This document shows, piece after piece, positions 1 to 12,440 of a DNA stretch of 64,000 nt. This DNA comes from Lama guanicoe. Lineage: Eukaryota. The position numbers and the translations under genes are program-made. The notes under the pieces are model-generated. The model had not been told where the DNA came from and made no database searches. It worked only from the letters and a program-made list of their open reading frames with translations. The stretch covers positions 2,108,001 to 2,172,000 of the forward strand of contig MU053881.1 in assembly GCA_013239625.1 (NCBI GenBank), given 5' to 3'. Position 1 is the stretch's first letter. The number at the start of each line of letters is the position of its first letter.

Positions 1-126
1 TCTTCATTGTGGTCGTGGTTACATGGGTGTATAAAATTCACCAAAATCAATCAAAACATACATTAAAGGGGGTACATTTTACAGTGGGTAGATTATACTT
101 CAGTAGTTGGTTTTTCTAAAAAAAAT
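1..126 (+). mobile_element. Old L1 3' end (partial, runs off window)
   Basis: GTGGTTACATGGGTGTATA..CATTTTA..GTAGATTATACTTCA..(A)n. Confidence 0.65.
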
Positions 127-439
127 AGTTTTGCCTTAGATTAACCTGATTCAGAGAATACTGCGTCGTACTGAAGATGAGACTAGCAAAACTGGATCAC
201 TGGCACGAAAAGGCAAGAAGCTCTCTCTAAGATCAGGCTAACAGAGATACGCACGCACCTACAGTTGGTTTCTAAATTTCATGTACAGGGATGGATGGCA
301 CCATATGGCACAAAACGATCATGAGCCCAACTATGCAGAAGGCAAAATAACCCCACAACTACCCTGTCTTCCGACCTTTCTTCCAGCAGAGCTGAACATG
401 GTGGCAGCAAGACGGAGCAGCTCAATCTGACATGGCCAC

Positions 440-1755
440 CTATTTACAGACACAAGTTGATTCTGTCTCTCATTTTCCACAGGTGGTATTCTAGGCCCAC
501 ACTCTTCCTTTCCCCATCGCTCTCACCAAGCCAAGGGAAAACTTCAGCGTCCTTCATCTTTCTCACAATTACATGGGACACTGCCTTTTATCTTTTCATC
601 TCTTCAAGGCCATCCTCTCCTGTCTCTCTGACTGCACTCTGACAATGACTCCCCCTCCCATCAGGGACATTTATTTCCCTACACAACTCTTAACCTTCAT
701 CCTACAAACACTCGGGATGTCCCTCCTCCTGACGCTCTAGCATCCTCCCTTCAGCTACTGTTCTCTCTCCCACTGAAGTCAAGCTCCTGCAAGAAACAGT
801 GCACGCTGCCACGCAGTCACCTCTCAGTCTGGTTCAGCGTGGCACCCTCTCACTGTGGCACCCTCTCACTGCCAAATACAGAAGTCTCTTCACTCCACCT
901 CCGTGGTCTCTTTGTCACACCCACCTGTGCTGACACCCCATTCTCATGGCCTCAGACATTCTTTTTCAACTGGCCCCTCCTCGCCCTCCAGGAGCCTCCT
1001 TAAGTAGGTACGCCCAGGACTGCCACTGGCCCTCTGCTTACTCTACAGATATTTTCTCTTTGGACAGCAGCACCCGCACCTACAGTTCTAATGACTTACA
1101 AGCATGAGATCTTTACTGTCAGCCCTCGTTTCTTTCCTACTTCAGTACTGTAACTTGCACTCACATTGCTGAAAAAAGAATCTCCTTAGCACGGCTGTGA
1201 GGTGCTTTATAGGCTGGTCTCATCTGACCATTTCCAGTTCTGACTCAATCTGTATACTGTACGCTCCCAAAATATCTCTTTTTTGGAGGTAAAGTTTTAT
1301 TGACATATAATGTACACAGAAAAGTGCCCACATTCTAAGTGAACAGTTCACAATCATGAAGTGAATATATTTATGTAATCACTACTCAGATCAAGAAACA
1401 TAAAATATCACCAGTAACCCAGAAGTCCTCCTTGTCACTGCCTATGCCTCACCCTAAAATATCCAACTCCAAACATACTGATCTAACATTTCTTATTCCC
1501 CAAATATTCCTTCCCCTCCACACACCGACTTCTGTTTCTCTCTGAAAGCCAGACTCAGGCATCTTCCTCTGCGGCACTGGCGCGCGCTTGTCCACACAGC
1601 ACCGTGACATCCACAGCACGTTCTGCTGCCTTATGCTATACGTTCATTACTCACTCGAGCCTTTTTGAGGGCAAAGACCACAGAGAACCTATCTCTGTGT
1701 CTGCAGGAATGAGCCCAGTATTGCCACAAAAATAATGTCTCCAATAAATGTTTTT
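440..1755 (+). mobile_element. LINE-2 remnant
   Basis: C/T-rich decayed L2 3' region ending ..CAATAAATGTTT. Confidence 0.55.
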
Positions 1756-1815
1756 TCCTAAAAAACTTAAAACTCAAAACTTCCTTGGAAAATGACCTTT
1801 CTACATCTACTTTAC

Positions 1816-1939
1816 CTGTGCGACATTCATTGCAGATAAATTTTCCTCTGGGCATTTCAGTTAATCCAAGGCACTCCAGGTGGAAAGCCCCACAGCACTG
1901 AGCCTCACATAACAGCAGCTCACCCAGTTTCTCACAGTT
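1816..1939 (-). CDS. NSD1: NSD1 coding exon (exon 12 equivalent), PHD1 finger
   Basis: [41 protein letters not shown] (C4-H-C3 PHD pattern completed with exon 11); aacag| ... CAG|gtaaag; 124 nt. Confidence 0.97.
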
Positions 1940-2054
1940 CTGTTAAGAGAAAGAAAACAGATCTGTCTACAGAAAAAGGCTTTAAAAATCCCAAGCAGAA
2001 GGCCCTGATTAAAGCAAAAATTAAGAAGCAGCTTTGTCAGAAACAAAAATCCCA

Positions 2055-2670
2055 GCATTCATTAAGCCAGTATTTAATAATTATCTCCTCTATGCCAGGT
2101 ACTGCAAGGTCCCTGGCTCCATGATTCTTATGTTCTAAGGATACAAAGATACAAATAAACGATTAAACAAATGAAAGATATCAGACAAGGTATTTAGGTA
2201 GAGAATTCAAACAGCAACTTTGGATTGGGCGATTAGGAATGGCCTCTCAGACTGGGCTCTGAATGACAAGGTAGCCACGTGGTCTGATGAAAGGACCAAG
2301 AAGGCAAAAAGCACAGAAAGTTCACCGAGAGGAAAAACCAGGGCATGCCTGAGAATCACGAGGAAAGCCAGTGTCACTGAACTAAAGTGAACAAAAGTTA
2401 GAAAGTAGAAATGAAGTAAGAAAGAGGCAGGCAAGGGCCTGACTGTGCGGCCTTACAGATTACGGAACTGAGTTTCAGATTTTATTCTCACTGCAGAAGT
2501 GTACCTTGAGAGAGCTTTACCAAGGGAAGGCTGAAATCAGGGATTCACAGGTCCCTAGTAACTGCTACAAGGAGAATGAGTTCAAGAGCAGAAAGGTGAG
2601 AACAGAAGCAGACGATCAAGGAGGCCACTGCAATGGTTCAAGCAAGAGACACTGACCAGCAGGACTTGGG
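2055..2670 (-). mobile_element. LINE-2 remnant
   Basis: CATTCATT..TATTTA..CTATGCCAGGTACTG start followed by purine-rich L2 antisense text. Confidence 0.6.
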
Positions 2671-3383
2671 TCATAACAATCCCAGAAGAGCTCTGATTAA
2701 GATTTGAACAACCCTTGAAATACATCCAGCACCATCTCAGAGAGATCACTTTTCTGAGACAATCACATCTAAGACAGGGTGTCACTTAAGGTAGAGCCTT
2801 AGGAAATAAAGATCTGGGTCTGTTGCTTTGAAAACATTGTACAATTTATGAAAATCCTGCAAATTCCCAACCTTTGTCACTTTTCACCCCTCTAACACAT
2901 CCTGACTTGTTTCCCATAGTGATCAGCAGAAAACTGCTAAAAATGAAAAAAGTCTTATACTAATTCTAGTATCATTAGATACTAGACTTGCCCAGCCATC
3001 TTTCCCCTTTGTTTTCTCATAGAACAAAGAACCCCCCCAAAATAGAACAGGTCTTGGCCACTTAACATCAAATCTTAAATGAATGAGTAAGTAGAAGAAC
3101 TGCAGAAATAAAGGCCAGAGGCGCCCAGGGATTAATAGGAGGCCCCAAGATAATATGAGCTCGTTCCACATGCCTGGCTCTACCATTACTGCTACTGACA
3201 CACAAAAATTGACAAATGTCATAAATATTATTTATTTTGTTTTGCATATTCAGAGTGCCAGTGACATCAGCTATCATGTACAATAAACAAATTCACTTTC
3301 ATGACTTAAACAGAAGAACTTCAAACATATACTAAAGAGTAAATTATTCAAATCAACCAAATGTTACAAACTAATCCTTTAAC

Positions 3384-3515
3384 TGGGATGACCACATAAT
3401 TCATCCTTCAAACCGGGACACCTGAGAGTGAAAGGAGTCGCTATAAGTAAATTACACAAGCACAACAGATTTAAACAAAGACTGATCCAAACCACAGGGC
3501 CACGGGGTCGCCATA
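3384..3515 (+). mobile_element. MER94-like hAT-Blackjack non-autonomous DNA transposon
   Basis: Degenerate TIRs TGGGATGACC..GGTCGCCATA, internal AAACCGGGACAC..GAGAGTGAAAGG; 8-bp TSD CCTTTAA(C/T) 3376-3383 / 3516-3523. Confidence 0.75.
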
Positions 3516-3869
3516 CCTTTAATCAGTTTTCACTGACAACCTTTGTGGGCATAAGAAGCTCTGAGGACTAACACTCTTTGGGAGCAGGTCTGAGTATGAT
3601 TAACATTCTTTATATAGTTGTAAAGATGAATAGACAAAGAAACTGAGTTGAAATTATATTGGCCATAATAACATTCTGGGCCTGGGGTTATTCTATTTTT
3701 CAGCTGTTTCAGTTAGGAGGACAAAAAAATGTTTTCAACTTTTTATATGCCAAGTTTTAAGAACTGACAAAGGTAAATCAAGACCATAACCAAAGCATCC
3801 ATTTAACTGACTCTACTCTCAAGTAAGATAAAGGCTCTTTAACATTAAAGTGGAGTCACATTTCACAGA

Positions 3870-4105
3870 GAAGCAAGACAACATAGTGGTTAAGACTGTA
3901 AACCCATATTGCTTGGATTTGAATCCTGGCTTCACTGAGTGACTACAAGCAAGCTATTTAACCTCCTTGTGCCTCAGTTTCCTTATCTAGAAAATGAGGA
4001 TAATAATGGTTATCTTATGAGACCGTTATGATAACTAAATGATATATTTCTAAAGTGACTGGAAAAACACGTGACACATAGTAAACACTGTATAACGTTT
4101 ATAAT
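3870..4105 (+). mobile_element. MIR SINE
   Basis: TAGTGGTTAAGA..TTTGAATCCTGGCT..GCCTCAGTTTCCTTATCTAGAAAATGAGGATAATAAT core. Confidence 0.85.
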
Positions 4106-4523
4106 AAACAGAAAAGTAGAGGTGGTAAGTTCTCAAAGTCACTACTTTAATGCAAAACAAACAAACAAAAATCTCAAAGTGAAAATTACCCTTGAAAAAT
4201 TCCATAGAAACCCAAAGATTCTCACACCATGAGAGGTGCAGGAAAAATATCTTTGAGCAACCACAGATCCACCTCTTCTTTCTCAGACTACTTCAGGGCA
4301 TCTACTCATGGGCAAAAAGGGCAGACCATTCATGGACACTCAGTTTTTCTCTTCTTTCCTCTTTTTGTAGGGAGAGAGAAAGAGTTGAATCCTTAAAGGG
4401 AAGTGAGTCCACAGGAATCCAAGAAAATTTTTATTCTAACCATGACTGGGTCATCAGGAGATAGAGTGCTTCTCTTAAAAGATAAGCATGCAGTCAAAAT
4501 GCAAGCGGGCAAACATTCTCTAC

Positions 4524-4667
4524 CTGACAAACATTCTCCTTGAGTGCAGCTCCTCCTCCTCGTTCACCCTGCAGCTTTTTAGACGCAGGCATCCCGTGCT
4601 CATTTTCTATGCCTTCCTCGATGGCATCCTTGGGGCTTGCAGCTGTCCTGTGTGTCATCAGTTCTCC
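4524..4667 (-). CDS. NSD1: NSD1 coding exon (exon 11 equivalent), leads into PHD1
   Basis: GELMTHRTAASPKDAIEEGIENEHGMPASKKLQGERGGGAALKENVCQ; ctgcaag| ... CAG|gtagag; 144 nt. Confidence 0.96.
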
Positions 4668-4778
4668 CTTGCAGAGAAAAAATAATGTCCCACATTTGTA
4701 TTATTGATGTCTCCTCCATGTGACCCCCTCCCTCTGGGCTGCTATTTGTCTAGCCATTAAGCACTTACAGATGTTCAG

Positions 4779-4836
4779 CCAATCACGCGGGCGGACTGCA
4801 TGCAATGTTAGTTCTAACCCTGCTGTGATTGGGCGG
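4779..4836. promoter_or_regulatory. Inverted CCAAT boxes each abutting a GGGCGG GC box, NSD1 intron 10 (candidate element)
   Basis: CCAAT 4779-4783, GGGCGG 4789-4794, ATTGG 4828-4832, GGGCGG 4831-4836; function inferred only. Confidence 0.4.
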
Positions 4837-5853
4837 GTAGTGGGCGCCTCATGCCCTGCCACTAACTGCTCTGAGGCTGTTCCACTGGAACTTTTTGAGC
4901 TGTTCCATTTTAAGGTTTCACTAAGGGAGAGAAAACATTCTTAAGTTTATTTGATTACTTATTTGTCCTTCCAAGATCAGAGTTTCCTAAATAATGCCTT
5001 CCTTGGGCATTCTATTCAAATTGTCCTGGAAAGAAACACTGTATCCTAATATGTGATTCTGACCTGACTTACTCTAATCCTCTTTTAACCTGAGTTGGAA
5101 AGCAACAGACAGCATCAGTGACTGCACTGATGCTCTGCAAGAAAATGGCTTTACTCTATCTTTGTTTCCTAAAAGACCCTGTTCACAAACATTACTCTAA
5201 AATTAAGCAGTTGACGGTCTCAAATAAGCAAATGACTTTCCCCCAATCGCAGCAGGTGCAACCTTTGAAGAGCAAAATCCAAGTTCATTCAGATCATACG
5301 GTTCCCTGATACTGTGCGCTCTCATTTTACAGCATGGTGACTATAGTTAATAATGCTGTACTGAACACCTGAAATTTGCCAAGAGAGTTAACATTAAGTA
5401 AGAAAACTTTCACTAAACGTCAGCACTCTTCTATTTTGGTGTCTTACATAATGTTTCTTACTGGTTTCTGCTTTTATAACTTCATAGCCTCTATTTCTTA
5501 TGTTTAAACTTTCAGATAAATAATATATTTGGTTCAGAGCATCGTGAATGTTCCTTTTGGGTCATGCTGTTGCTCTACACTGCTTCTTTGGTGATGAAAC
5601 AGTTATATGTTTCATCTGACACCTAGAGCAATGGATGGGATCTTTTAAAAGGGTCACACCCACAGTTGCCGTAAGTGCTTGGACTTATTTCTACTAGGAT
5701 CAGGCTCTACTTTTCCTCCAGAATTCCTTATCACTACCGGCTGTTTCAAGAGAAGACTATTTTTAGGAAAACTCAAGGGAAAGAGGAATGTGTCCTCTAC
5801 TGTGAAAAGCAGCTTCGTTCTGGAAGGGCAAAAGATGAAGAACTGAGTAATAC

Positions 5854-5972
5854 CTCGGAGCCTGGAGTTTCCTTTGATGAGTCGTCATTTTTCATTTTTT
5901 TATAATGCATCTTGGCTGTAGCATGCCTCTGTCGTTTTCGCTTCCTTGGCTTATCAAATAGCCTTGTAGTGC
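5854..5972 (-). CDS. NSD1: NSD1 coding exon (exon 10 equivalent), basic NLS-like stretch
   Basis: (G)TTRLFDKPRKRKRQRHATAKMHYKKMKNDDSSKETPGSE; tcacag| ... GAG|gtatta; 119 nt. Confidence 0.95.
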
Positions 5973-8045
5973 CTGTGACAGGAGAACAGGTGTTACCTGC
6001 TGGCTCATCATGCGCATGTCCAAGACTCCTATCCTCAACTAAAGGGACCTCACAGAACTATGGAATGACACAGTAAAAACCAATCTTAAAACCTGCTTAA
6101 TTCTCCAACTTTGTAGATGAGAAAAACAAGGTCAGAGGGAAAAAGAGACTTACCCATGAGTATATAACTAGTAGGGGAAATAGCTACATATATACATAAA
6201 TTCTGCCTCATATAGATTAAATAGTAAATGTGCTGGTTATTAAAGCAATTTCATTTTATATAATTGAAACAAAGGACCTTCTAGTTCATGAAAAGACTTT
6301 ATTATCCTATAGATGAGGAGAAAATGCATTTAGTAGCCAGGCCTCCAAGATTAAAGACAATAAATTGTATCGTTATATGACTTAAGGATTAAGACAAAAA
6401 GCTGAAATACCTACGATCTGGCTTACAGGAAGAGGAAAAAATACCTCCCTCCCCGAATACGTGTACTGGCCCAAACGATGTTCATGCAGAGGTACTGTAA
6501 CCATGAACATCTAACAACATAAAATAGATGTCTCATCTAATCTGACATATTTAGAAAATGGAATCTAATCTCTCCCTCAGTTTTTATTATACATAGTTCA
6601 ACTCTTTGTTAAAGAAACATCAGGAGGAATCTAAAGAAGTATTTGATAAAATGTTCCAGGATATTTAGGCTAAGTATCAACATGAAAGTCAGACGCTAGA
6701 AGACTGCCTCAGTGCTCTCTTCTTGAACTGCCTGATAAGATGGAGAAGTTCTGCTATCAAAGCTGCCGACAGCCTGCAACTAATTAAGAGTTAATATCGT
6801 GGCAGAATCAAGGCCCAAACTTCTCAAAAGTTGAAACATTTAGATGAAATTCACAAAGGATAAAGTGCAAGTTGTAGGCTTTACAAAAAACTGAAGTACA
6901 AAAAGCACAGGGAAAGAACTGATGTTCTGACAACAGATTTTTCTTTAAGCAAGCAAACAAATTGACCAACCTATATTATAATTGCATACAAGGTTAAAAT
7001 AAGCTAACTCATTGCTAGATTTACTTGCTAAACAACTTAATAATCACAGATCACATTTAAAGAAGTGTGCATTTAAGACCTGGTGAAATACAATCTCCCC
7101 ACGGTACCCTTTGCTGGTAGACCATATGTATGCAGTGTGCTCAGATCTAGGCTAATGTTTCAGGAATGACACCAATCAATAAATGGCAATGGTAGACAAA
7201 ATTATGGTCGTGAAAAGAACTGGAGAAAAATGTGGAGTGGATAAGAGATGGCAGTATGGCAATGAATTTGGTCAGGTCTGGATTTAGTTCCCTAACCCTG
7301 CTAACCTCTTTCACCTTCATGTTTCTTCTACAAAATAGGGATAACATGAATAACATCTTAACTTTGTAATGCTTAGATAGATCAGAGGCAACAGTCCTTA
7401 AGCAAAGAGTCTGGTAGAGCAGAGCATTGTGACTATTATGTCTGTTACTCAATGAAAGGCTGCCCACTCCTCCTCTGGGCAGAACCACGAAGAAACAGAA
7501 TTTCCAGGAGAGAGATTCCAATTTAATCTAGAAGATTCCCAAGGCCTTAAGAAGCAACCACAATGGACTAGGCTCAAATGTAAGCTCTCCTCACCAAGCA
7601 TATGCTCACTGACCAAAGGTCACAAATGTGATAAAAGAAACTAAGACTATAAAAGACGGGTTCAGGTGATTTGTAACTTCCCCCTGAACCCAGATTCTGT
7701 ATGTTCTGTCCTGTAGAAATAAACATTGAATCAAAGCCAAGACAGTAACAACACAGTTTGGGAAATTATCTAGTAAGAATATTAAGCAGCTGATTTTTCT
7801 CTACTGTTCCTAACATTTCCTTAACGCTAATGTGATTCTAGTTCCATGTAACTAATTTTAGCATAAAGCTGGAAATGACAATACAATTTTCTAGTGTCAT
7901 GTGTAGCTTCAGAAAGCATATATTGGGCAAATAAGTCTTAGAACGTGCAAGCTCACTGATCTTGCTTTGCAACTTTTCTCATTAACTGACAACATACTTC
8001 ACACAACTTTTGCAATACATTTTTTTAAATCTCAAAAATACTCAC

Positions 8046-8121
8046 CTCCACCAAACTCTTTAGAACGAGATGCAGCACATGATTCAGTAATGTTATTCTC
8101 CAAGTGACCACCTTCATAACA
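8046..8121 (-). CDS. NSD1: NSD1 coding exon (exon 9 equivalent)
   Basis: CYEGGHLENNITESCAASRSKEFGG; ttgtag| ... GAG|gtgagt; 76 nt. Confidence 0.95.
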
Positions 8122-10025
8122 CTACAAGTAAGTAAAATGCATCATGGTTTACAGAGGAATAGAAAACAAACCCTTTAAATTATGTACCAAAAGTTAAACT
8201 ATCTACTGCCATACATACAGAATCCTGGCTGGTTTTGACAATTAAAGGAACAGTATGGTAACAGTACAGGTAAACACCACACACTCCTTTGGGGATAGGG
8301 GTGTTAAAGAGGGGGCTTATCCAGAGACTCCCAATATATAAAGCAGACACAAAATGCTGTACTGGGAAAGAGAAAAGGTTATGTACTCAGAGACCCACCA
8401 GCTCAGTTCTATTCCAAAACACCCTGTACTGAAAATCTACCATCCTTATATTTATAGTCACTGGATTTTACAGACTTATTTATTTGATGAATGCTAAATG
8501 TTAAAAAGCTCTGAATCATGAATGCCTTCCTAAGTGGCTATAGATCAATATAAATTAAAGCAACACTGAAACTAAAAACATTTAAACATCAAGAGTAATT
8601 CATTATACATTTTATTCCTCTAGTACTAATGTTTGTATGAATTAGTTCTATTTCAAGAAAATATCTTCCACAAGAATAATATTCTTCACCATGACTGTAA
8701 AACAAAATTCAGTGTATAATGAATGCTATTCTTGCCATAAAGTTCCCGAAGTCTGAGGTCAAAATAAGATAAAATGCAACTGTGAACTTCTGAATGCTCA
8801 TTATATACATTAATAAATCAGAAGAACACAACTTAACTCATGCTCAATGTAGATCAGAGTCTGACAAAGTCAACGAAAATGAAGGAGCAAGTGCTAGGTA
8901 TCTAGTTAAATAGATCAAAAGACTGGTGGACGAACCCACAAAACAGATTTGCATAACTTAAAGAAAAACACCATCTATATTATTTAGATAACCAATTTAT
9001 AGTTCATTCTGTAACACTCATCCAAAAGCTGTGGCACAAAAACAATTCGAATGTTCCCAAAACTAGTCAGAGAACAATACAAAAAACATGCTCACTTCTG
9101 ATGTCATCAACTTTGTAAGTTAAAACAGAAATAACAGCACATACACCCAAGCAAAAATCACACTACAGGAATAAAAATCCATCTGCTCTGCTTAGAATAA
9201 AAGACCACAGAACTATGTAAGTGCCTTGGAGGACATGACAAAGATGCCGGTAACTTACTTTTGCATAATCTGGTGTGGATATACACCAAGCCAGCGCACT
9301 CTTAAGGTACCACTACCTCAACAGAAAATTCCTCTTTCTCTAACCCACTGACTGATCCATCAGCAGGTAGGATAGCTTGTCTGGTAACTCATGGTGTAGT
9401 CCCAAGGTGGAACTGAATCATGGTTTCAACGTTATGACAAAATATACCTCAGAGTACCCAGGACCTTAACTGTGTGAGGATGACTATGTCAGACAGCAGG
9501 ACTGACTTCTAAAACAGAAAAGAGGTCACTCTTCTCCAGAGTCTGGTTCTAGTCATCACTGTTAATCCTGATTTTCTCTTGTTCAAGTGCCAAATTTGAT
9601 GCCTATCTCTTTATGAAAAAAGCTAAAATTCAAAAGTGACAGTTAATAACGCGCTTAAAGAGGCCAATAATATAAAAGAGTTCAATAGTTATTAGATACT
9701 TAACAAGTGGTACTAAAGCAATTGGACATTCACTTCAAAATTCCATCTTAAAACATGAAGACCTGTACATAAAATCAAAACCATAAAACTCCTAAAAGCA
9801 AACAGAGGAAGTACATCTTTGTGTCCATCAGTAGGCAAAGATTTCTTCAAATAAGCACAAAATATAAATCATGAAAGAAAAAAACTTTAAAAATTTCCTT
9901 CTCATGATTCAATTAAGAAAATGAGTAGGCATGCATCAGACTGGGAAAAAATATTTATTGTACATATACATGACAAAGGACTCATATCCCAAATATAAAA
10001 AGCAGTCTTAAAAAGCAACCATAAC

Positions 10026-10130
10026 GGGGAGGGTATAGCTCAGTGGTAGAGAGGTCCTGGGTTCAACCCCCAGTACCTCCATAAAACAAATAAACAAAAT
10101 AAACCTAATTACCTTCCCCCACAAAAAACA
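10026..10130 (+). mobile_element. tRNA-Ala-derived SINE (Vic-1-like) lacking the anticodon hairpin
   Basis: A box TAGCTCAGTGG, B box GGTTCAACCC, tail AATAAACCTAATTACC; TSD AAA(A/G)GCAACCATAA 10011-10024 / 10131-10144. Confidence 0.9.
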
Positions 10131-10185
10131 AAAGGCAACCATAAAAAAGATGAATAGTCCAATCAAAAATGCGTTTGCTTAGTTA

Positions 10186-10305
10186 GGAGAGTGTAATTCA
10201 GTGGTAGGGTGTGTGCTTAGCATACACAGGTTCCTGGGTTCAATTCCCAGCATCTCCATTTAAATAATTAAATAAATAAACCTAATTACCTAGCCCGCCA
10301 AAATA
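10186..10305 (+). mobile_element. tRNA-derived SINE (Vic-1-like), more diverged
   Basis: Degenerate A/B boxes plus AATAAACCTAATTACC tail. Confidence 0.85.
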
Positions 10306-12440
10306 ATGTTTAATTTTAAATATACATATGTATGTGTGCTTGAACAGTTGTTTTACAAGATACAGGAATGACCAGTAAGCACATACTAAGGAGTTCAAAT
10401 TCATCGACCATTAGTGAAATACAAATTAAAAACATAATTAGGTATAATTTCATATCCACCAGAATGGCAAAATTTAAAATGACTGAAAACCAAATGCTAT
10501 TAAAGATGTGGAGCAACTGAAACTCTGATACACTGCTGATGGGAGTGTGAAGTTGTACAAGCACTTTGGAGAAGTGTTGCACAGTTTCTTTAAAATACAA
10601 ATATTCATGAGCCAGCAATCTCGCCCTTAAGTATTTACATCTAGAGAACTGAAAATGTAAGTACACACACACAAAAAAACCCTCAGAGAGACTACTCATA
10701 CCAGCCTTATGACTAATAGCCCCAAAATGAAAAAACTCACACGTGTATCAACAAGAGAAAGGATAAGCAAATGGTACTTGGAACACTACTCAGCAATAAA
10801 AGGAAATGAACTACTGAAATAGCACCCTTGTGGTATGTATCGCAAATACATGGGTTCAATAAAAGAAGCCAGTTAACAAAAACAAATACATACAACATCC
10901 AAGAAGAAGCAAAAGTAATCTATGGTGACAGAAGTTAGAAAGCGTTGCCTCTGGAAGTGATGAGAATGGGAAACTGAATGAAGAGGGGCAAAAGAGAACT
11001 TTCAGGGGTGATGGATGTAATGCATACTTAGTTTGGGTACTTACATGGTATATATAATTGTCTAGAGCCATCAAACAGAACAGTTAAGATCTGTGCTTTT
11101 TTATTTGTGTGAATTAAATCTCAACTTTAAAAAAGAAAGGAATTCTGAGATACATTTGTCTATATAAATTAAGTATATAAACTAAATCATGCTTTTTATC
11201 CTCTTAGGGAAAAAAAATAACCTAGAAACATGACAAATTAAATTTCAGGTTAGAAAACTACATTTGTCAGAGCAAGGTGATACAAATTAACACTATTTTT
11301 GCAAGTCAGTCAGTCTCAAAACCACTGAAGAATCATCTTACTCCTTCAAAATCAGTCACTTATATACGCCAATTATAGCTCCATAAAACTGGGGGAGAGG
11401 GGATATCATTCACTTAACTGTCTGTCCTGAGTTCTCACTTTCACTGACCTGTATCATCACCTCACCTCCAGCAGTAAGGCAACAGCCTCCTATGACTCAC
11501 CTTACAATGCTACTAAATTTATCATCTGATTGCAAATGTCACTTCCACGCTCAAAACATTCAACTGAATCCCAGTTTCCCTGGTCCTTCCCATCTACCTC
11601 TTCCAACAATCTTGCAGAGTGGCTAAGATTTGAATAAAACAAAGCCAGAAGAGAATGCACAGCAGACGGAGATTATCACGGCCCTACTGGAGTGTAAGCT
11701 AAAATGAGAGGAGAGCGAGCTGGAGACACACTGTCACTGAAGACTGTACACACTGTAGAGAGATTTCAGAGGGCAAGAGATGAGCCTAAGAATAACTGAA
11801 AAGCCCATGTCACAAAGCAGCTCTTAGAAGAATAAAAGAATTAAAAGTACATAATGTGATTTTTAATAAGGTATAAATATACAAGTTAAATTTTACATGT
11901 ACGCACAAATCCAGATGGGTGAATATCTAACAAAAACAAAAACTATGGGCTTTAATATAGGATTAAAGGATAGAAGTTTGTTATAGCTAAAGAAAAGAAT
12001 GCAAAAAACTCAATGTGCTCCTGATTTGATTATATTCCGCATTTTCTTCTTTAAATAAAAAAAATTTTTTAAATAGGGCATCTGTGCACATCCTACAACT
12101 GAATTTCTAACATATACCCTGAGTTACTCCTTGGATGTACGGGGAGAAGAACGTGTCCTAAGGAATCAATACCCAGCTATTGTCTATTACAGAATTAGAA
12201 AATAATTTTCTATTTCCAACTACTATTTAATGATGCCTTCTTGGCTAATGAAAACCAAGTTTGCAGAACTTAAGATCAAATGTTTCTGCCTTAAGCTGGC
12301 TCTTTTCTGAGGTGTTATGCAAAGAGGGCAATGGGGTAAGAACAGATTAGTGGTTTGCAGAGACAGATGTGAAGCAGAAATCAAGTAAGAAAGGTTTTGA
12401 ACCCAGAGAAAAATAAATGAACACAACTTTACTCAATCTT

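Larger units (their letters stand above)
9690..11135 (+). mobile_element. Old L1 (L1MB/MC-like) 3' ORF2 and 3'UTR fragment, with two nested SINEs
   Basis: Recognisable L1 3' text (..GATGTGGAGCAACTGAAACTCT.., ..GGAACACTACTCAGCAATAAAAGGAAATGAAC..). Confidence 0.8.

Noticed and set aside
4690..4870. H/ACA snoRNA reading of the intron-10 hairpins
   Set aside because: I could not place a convincing hairpin-ANANNA-hairpin-ACA layout by eye; kept only as an unresolved structured element pending an Infernal/snoReport run
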